This document shows, piece by piece, positions 30,451 to 32,000 of a stretch of DNA of 32,000 nucleotides (within the stretch, counting starts at the first letter, position 1; each line of letters begins with the position of its first letter). The notes under the pieces are model-generated. The model saw nothing but the letters and a program-made list of their open reading frames with translations. It was not told the DNA's origin and made no database searches. The position numbers and the translations under genes were made by a program. Source of the DNA: Mycobacterium leprae TN (GTDB lineage: Bacteria; Actinomycetota; Actinomycetes; Mycobacteriales; Mycobacteriaceae); the NCBI RefSeq assembly GCF_000195855.1, contig NC_002677.1, forward strand, positions 3,180,001 through 3,212,000. The letters run 5' to 3'.

Positions 30451-30646
30451 TGATGGCAAATTCTGTGCACTACACGGTTTTCATTAAGGAGCTAGTGTCG
30501 TGCTTCTGAAGTTCGTTTAATATTCGCCGAAATATAGCCTATTGCTATCACTACAGCCAGTCGCTGGTGTTGCCCACGACTCGTATTTCGATAGGAGAAC
30601 TCGCACGTCAGTAACAGTGACACACAGGACGAAAAGTGGGGGGCCT

Positions 30647-32000
30647 TTAACTACCTTGAGCAGCCGCCAACGCAGCATTGAACACGGCACTCGGACGCAT
30701 CACCGCCTTGGCCAGCTCAGCATCCGGTGCGTAGTAACCACCGATATCGACCGCCTTGCCTTGAGCCTCGTTGAGCTCGGCGACGATAGTGCATTCGTTC
30801 TTGGCCAACGTTTCGGCCAGTGGGGTGAAGTAGTTCCGCAGATGTTGGTCATCGGTTTGCGTGGCAAGCTCTTGAGCCCAGTACATGGCGAGGTAGAACT
30901 GGCTTCCACGGTTGTCGAGCTCACCGGCCTTGCGTGACGGACTCTTCCTGTTGTCCAGCAACTTTCCGGTTGCGACATCCAGCGTCTTAGCCAAGATTTT
31001 GGCCCTCTCATTGCCGGTCTTGATGCCCAGGTCTTCCAGGCTGACGGCCAGCGCGAGGAACTCACCCAGCGAGTCCCACCGCAGATGATTCTCTTCGACA
31101 AGCTGCTTGACGTGCTTGGGCGCCGATCCACCCGCCCCGGTTTCATACATCCCGCCACCGGCCATTAGCGGCACTATGGACAACATTTTGGCGCTGGTAC
31201 CTAACTCCAAGATCGGGAACAGATCGGTGAGGTAGTCCCGCAGGATGTTGCCAGTGGCGGCGATGGTATCTAGCCCGCGGATGAGGCGCTCGCACGTGTA
31301 ACGCATTGAGCGCACTTGCGACATGATCTGGATATCCAGGCCACTGGTGTCGTGGTCCTTCAGGTACGCCCGGACCTTTTTGATCAACTCATTCTCGTGT
31401 GGACGGTAAGGGTCCAACCAAAACAATACTGGCATGCCGGAGTTGCGCATACGGCTGACAGCCAGCTTGACCCAGTCGCGAATTGCTGCGTCGGTAACGA
31501 CGCATAGACGCCATATATCACCGGTTTCTACATTCTGGGTCAGCAGCACTTCGCCCGTCGTGAGGTCCACGATGTTGGCGACGCCGTCCTCGGGAATTTC
31601 GAATGTCTTGTCGTGCGAGCCGTACTCCTCAGCCTGTTGCGCCATGAGGCCAACGTTGGGGACGGTGCCCATAGTCGCCGGATCGAAAGCTCCGTTGGTC
31701 TTGCAGAAGTTGATGATTTCCTGGTAGATGCGGGAAAAGGTGGACTCGGGGTTCACGGCCTTGGTGTCCTTGGCCCGCCCGTCGGCGCCATACATCTTGC
31801 CTCCCGCACGGATCATCGCTGGCATCGACGCATCCACGATGACATCACTAGGCGAATAGAAGTTCGAAATTCCACGCGCTGAGTCGACCATAGCCAACTC
31901 GGGTCGGTGCTCGTGGCACGCATGTAGGTCTTGGATGATCTCATCGCGCTGCGATGCGGTCAGGGTCTCAATCTTGCTATAGAGATCGACTAACCCGTTG
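30647..32000 (-). CDS. icd2: Monomeric NADP-dependent isocitrate dehydrogenase (Icd2), C-terminal ~451 codons; the 5' part lies beyond the window
   Basis: The frame stays open from stop 30647 to the window edge. Upstream of the listed TTG it continues as ..[40 protein letters not shown]... The sequence is typical of monomeric IDH ([29 protein letters not shown]; [32 protein letters not shown]). Confidence 0.9.
   Translation of the reverse strand, partial: NGLVDLYSKIETLTASQRDEIIQDLHACHEHRPELAMVDSARGISNFYSPSDVIVDASMPAMIRAGGKMYGADGRAKDTKAVNPESTFSRIYQEIINFCKTNGAFDPATMGTVPNVGLMAQQAEEYGSHDKTFEIPEDGVANIVDLTTGEVLLTQNVETGDIWRLCVVTDAAIRDWVKLAVSRMRNSGMPVLFWLDPYRPHENELIKKVRAYLKDHDTSGLDIQIMSQVRSMRYTCERLIRGLDTIAATGNILRDYLTDLFPILELGTSAKMLSIVPLMAGGGMYETGAGGSAPKHVKQLVEENHLRWDSLGEFLALAVSLEDLGIKTGNERAKILAKTLDVATGKLLDNRKSPSRKAGELDNRGSQFYLAMYWAQELATQTDDQHLRNYFTPLAETLAKNECTIVAELNEAQGKAVDIGGYYAPDAELAKAVMRPSAVFNAALAAAQGS

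Noticed and set aside
1-32000. CRISPR arrays, rRNA/tRNA genes, prophage or defence-island architecture
   Set aside because: There are no arrays of three or more spaced direct repeats; only two-copy tandem duplications occur. I found no conserved rRNA or tRNA sequence blocks, and no cluster of intact unknown ORFs. All long intact ORFs have ordinary housekeeping or transport assignments.

Overview
This window reads as a reductively evolved mycobacterial chromosome segment, strongly Mycobacterium leprae-like: high GC, many frameshifted gene relics, and about 46% intact coding sequence by adding ORF lengths. Eight ORFs look intact: serine protease PepA, acyl-CoA ligase FadD7, LysR regulator OxyS, L,D-transpeptidase LdtA, a 618-aa NRAMP-family transporter, a 731-aa membrane acyltransferase/SGNH protein (Rv0111-like), the 1609-aa P-type ATPase CtpI, and the C-terminal ~450 codons of monomeric isocitrate dehydrogenase Icd2, which runs off the 3' edge. 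Between them I can read these pseudogenes: treS, fusA2, oxcA, a quinone-oxidoreductase-like gene, an O-methyltransferase-like fragment, an AMP-ligase gene split by a decayed transposase-like element, and a second truncated AMP-ligase relic. From memory, the gene order follows M. tuberculosis Rv0126 to Rv0107c (inverted). There are two breaks in that order: the NRAMP block, and the ctpI/icd2 junction. I found no rRNA, tRNA or CRISPR array, and no convincing novel multi-gene system such as a defence island. Three observations deserve a second look. (1) The NRAMP homologue carries the metal-site substitutions of the Mg2+-type NRMT clade rather than MntH. (2) The N-terminal half of CtpI is a degenerate, catalytically dead copy of a P-type ATPase P/N module. 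(3) A ~180-nt leader directly upstream of ctpI contains M-box-like strings, and its closing helix overlaps the ribosome-binding site. There are also several perfect long hairpins, and short perfect tandem duplications inside or next to pseudogenes. All family assignments come from reading motifs by eye. No database search was run.
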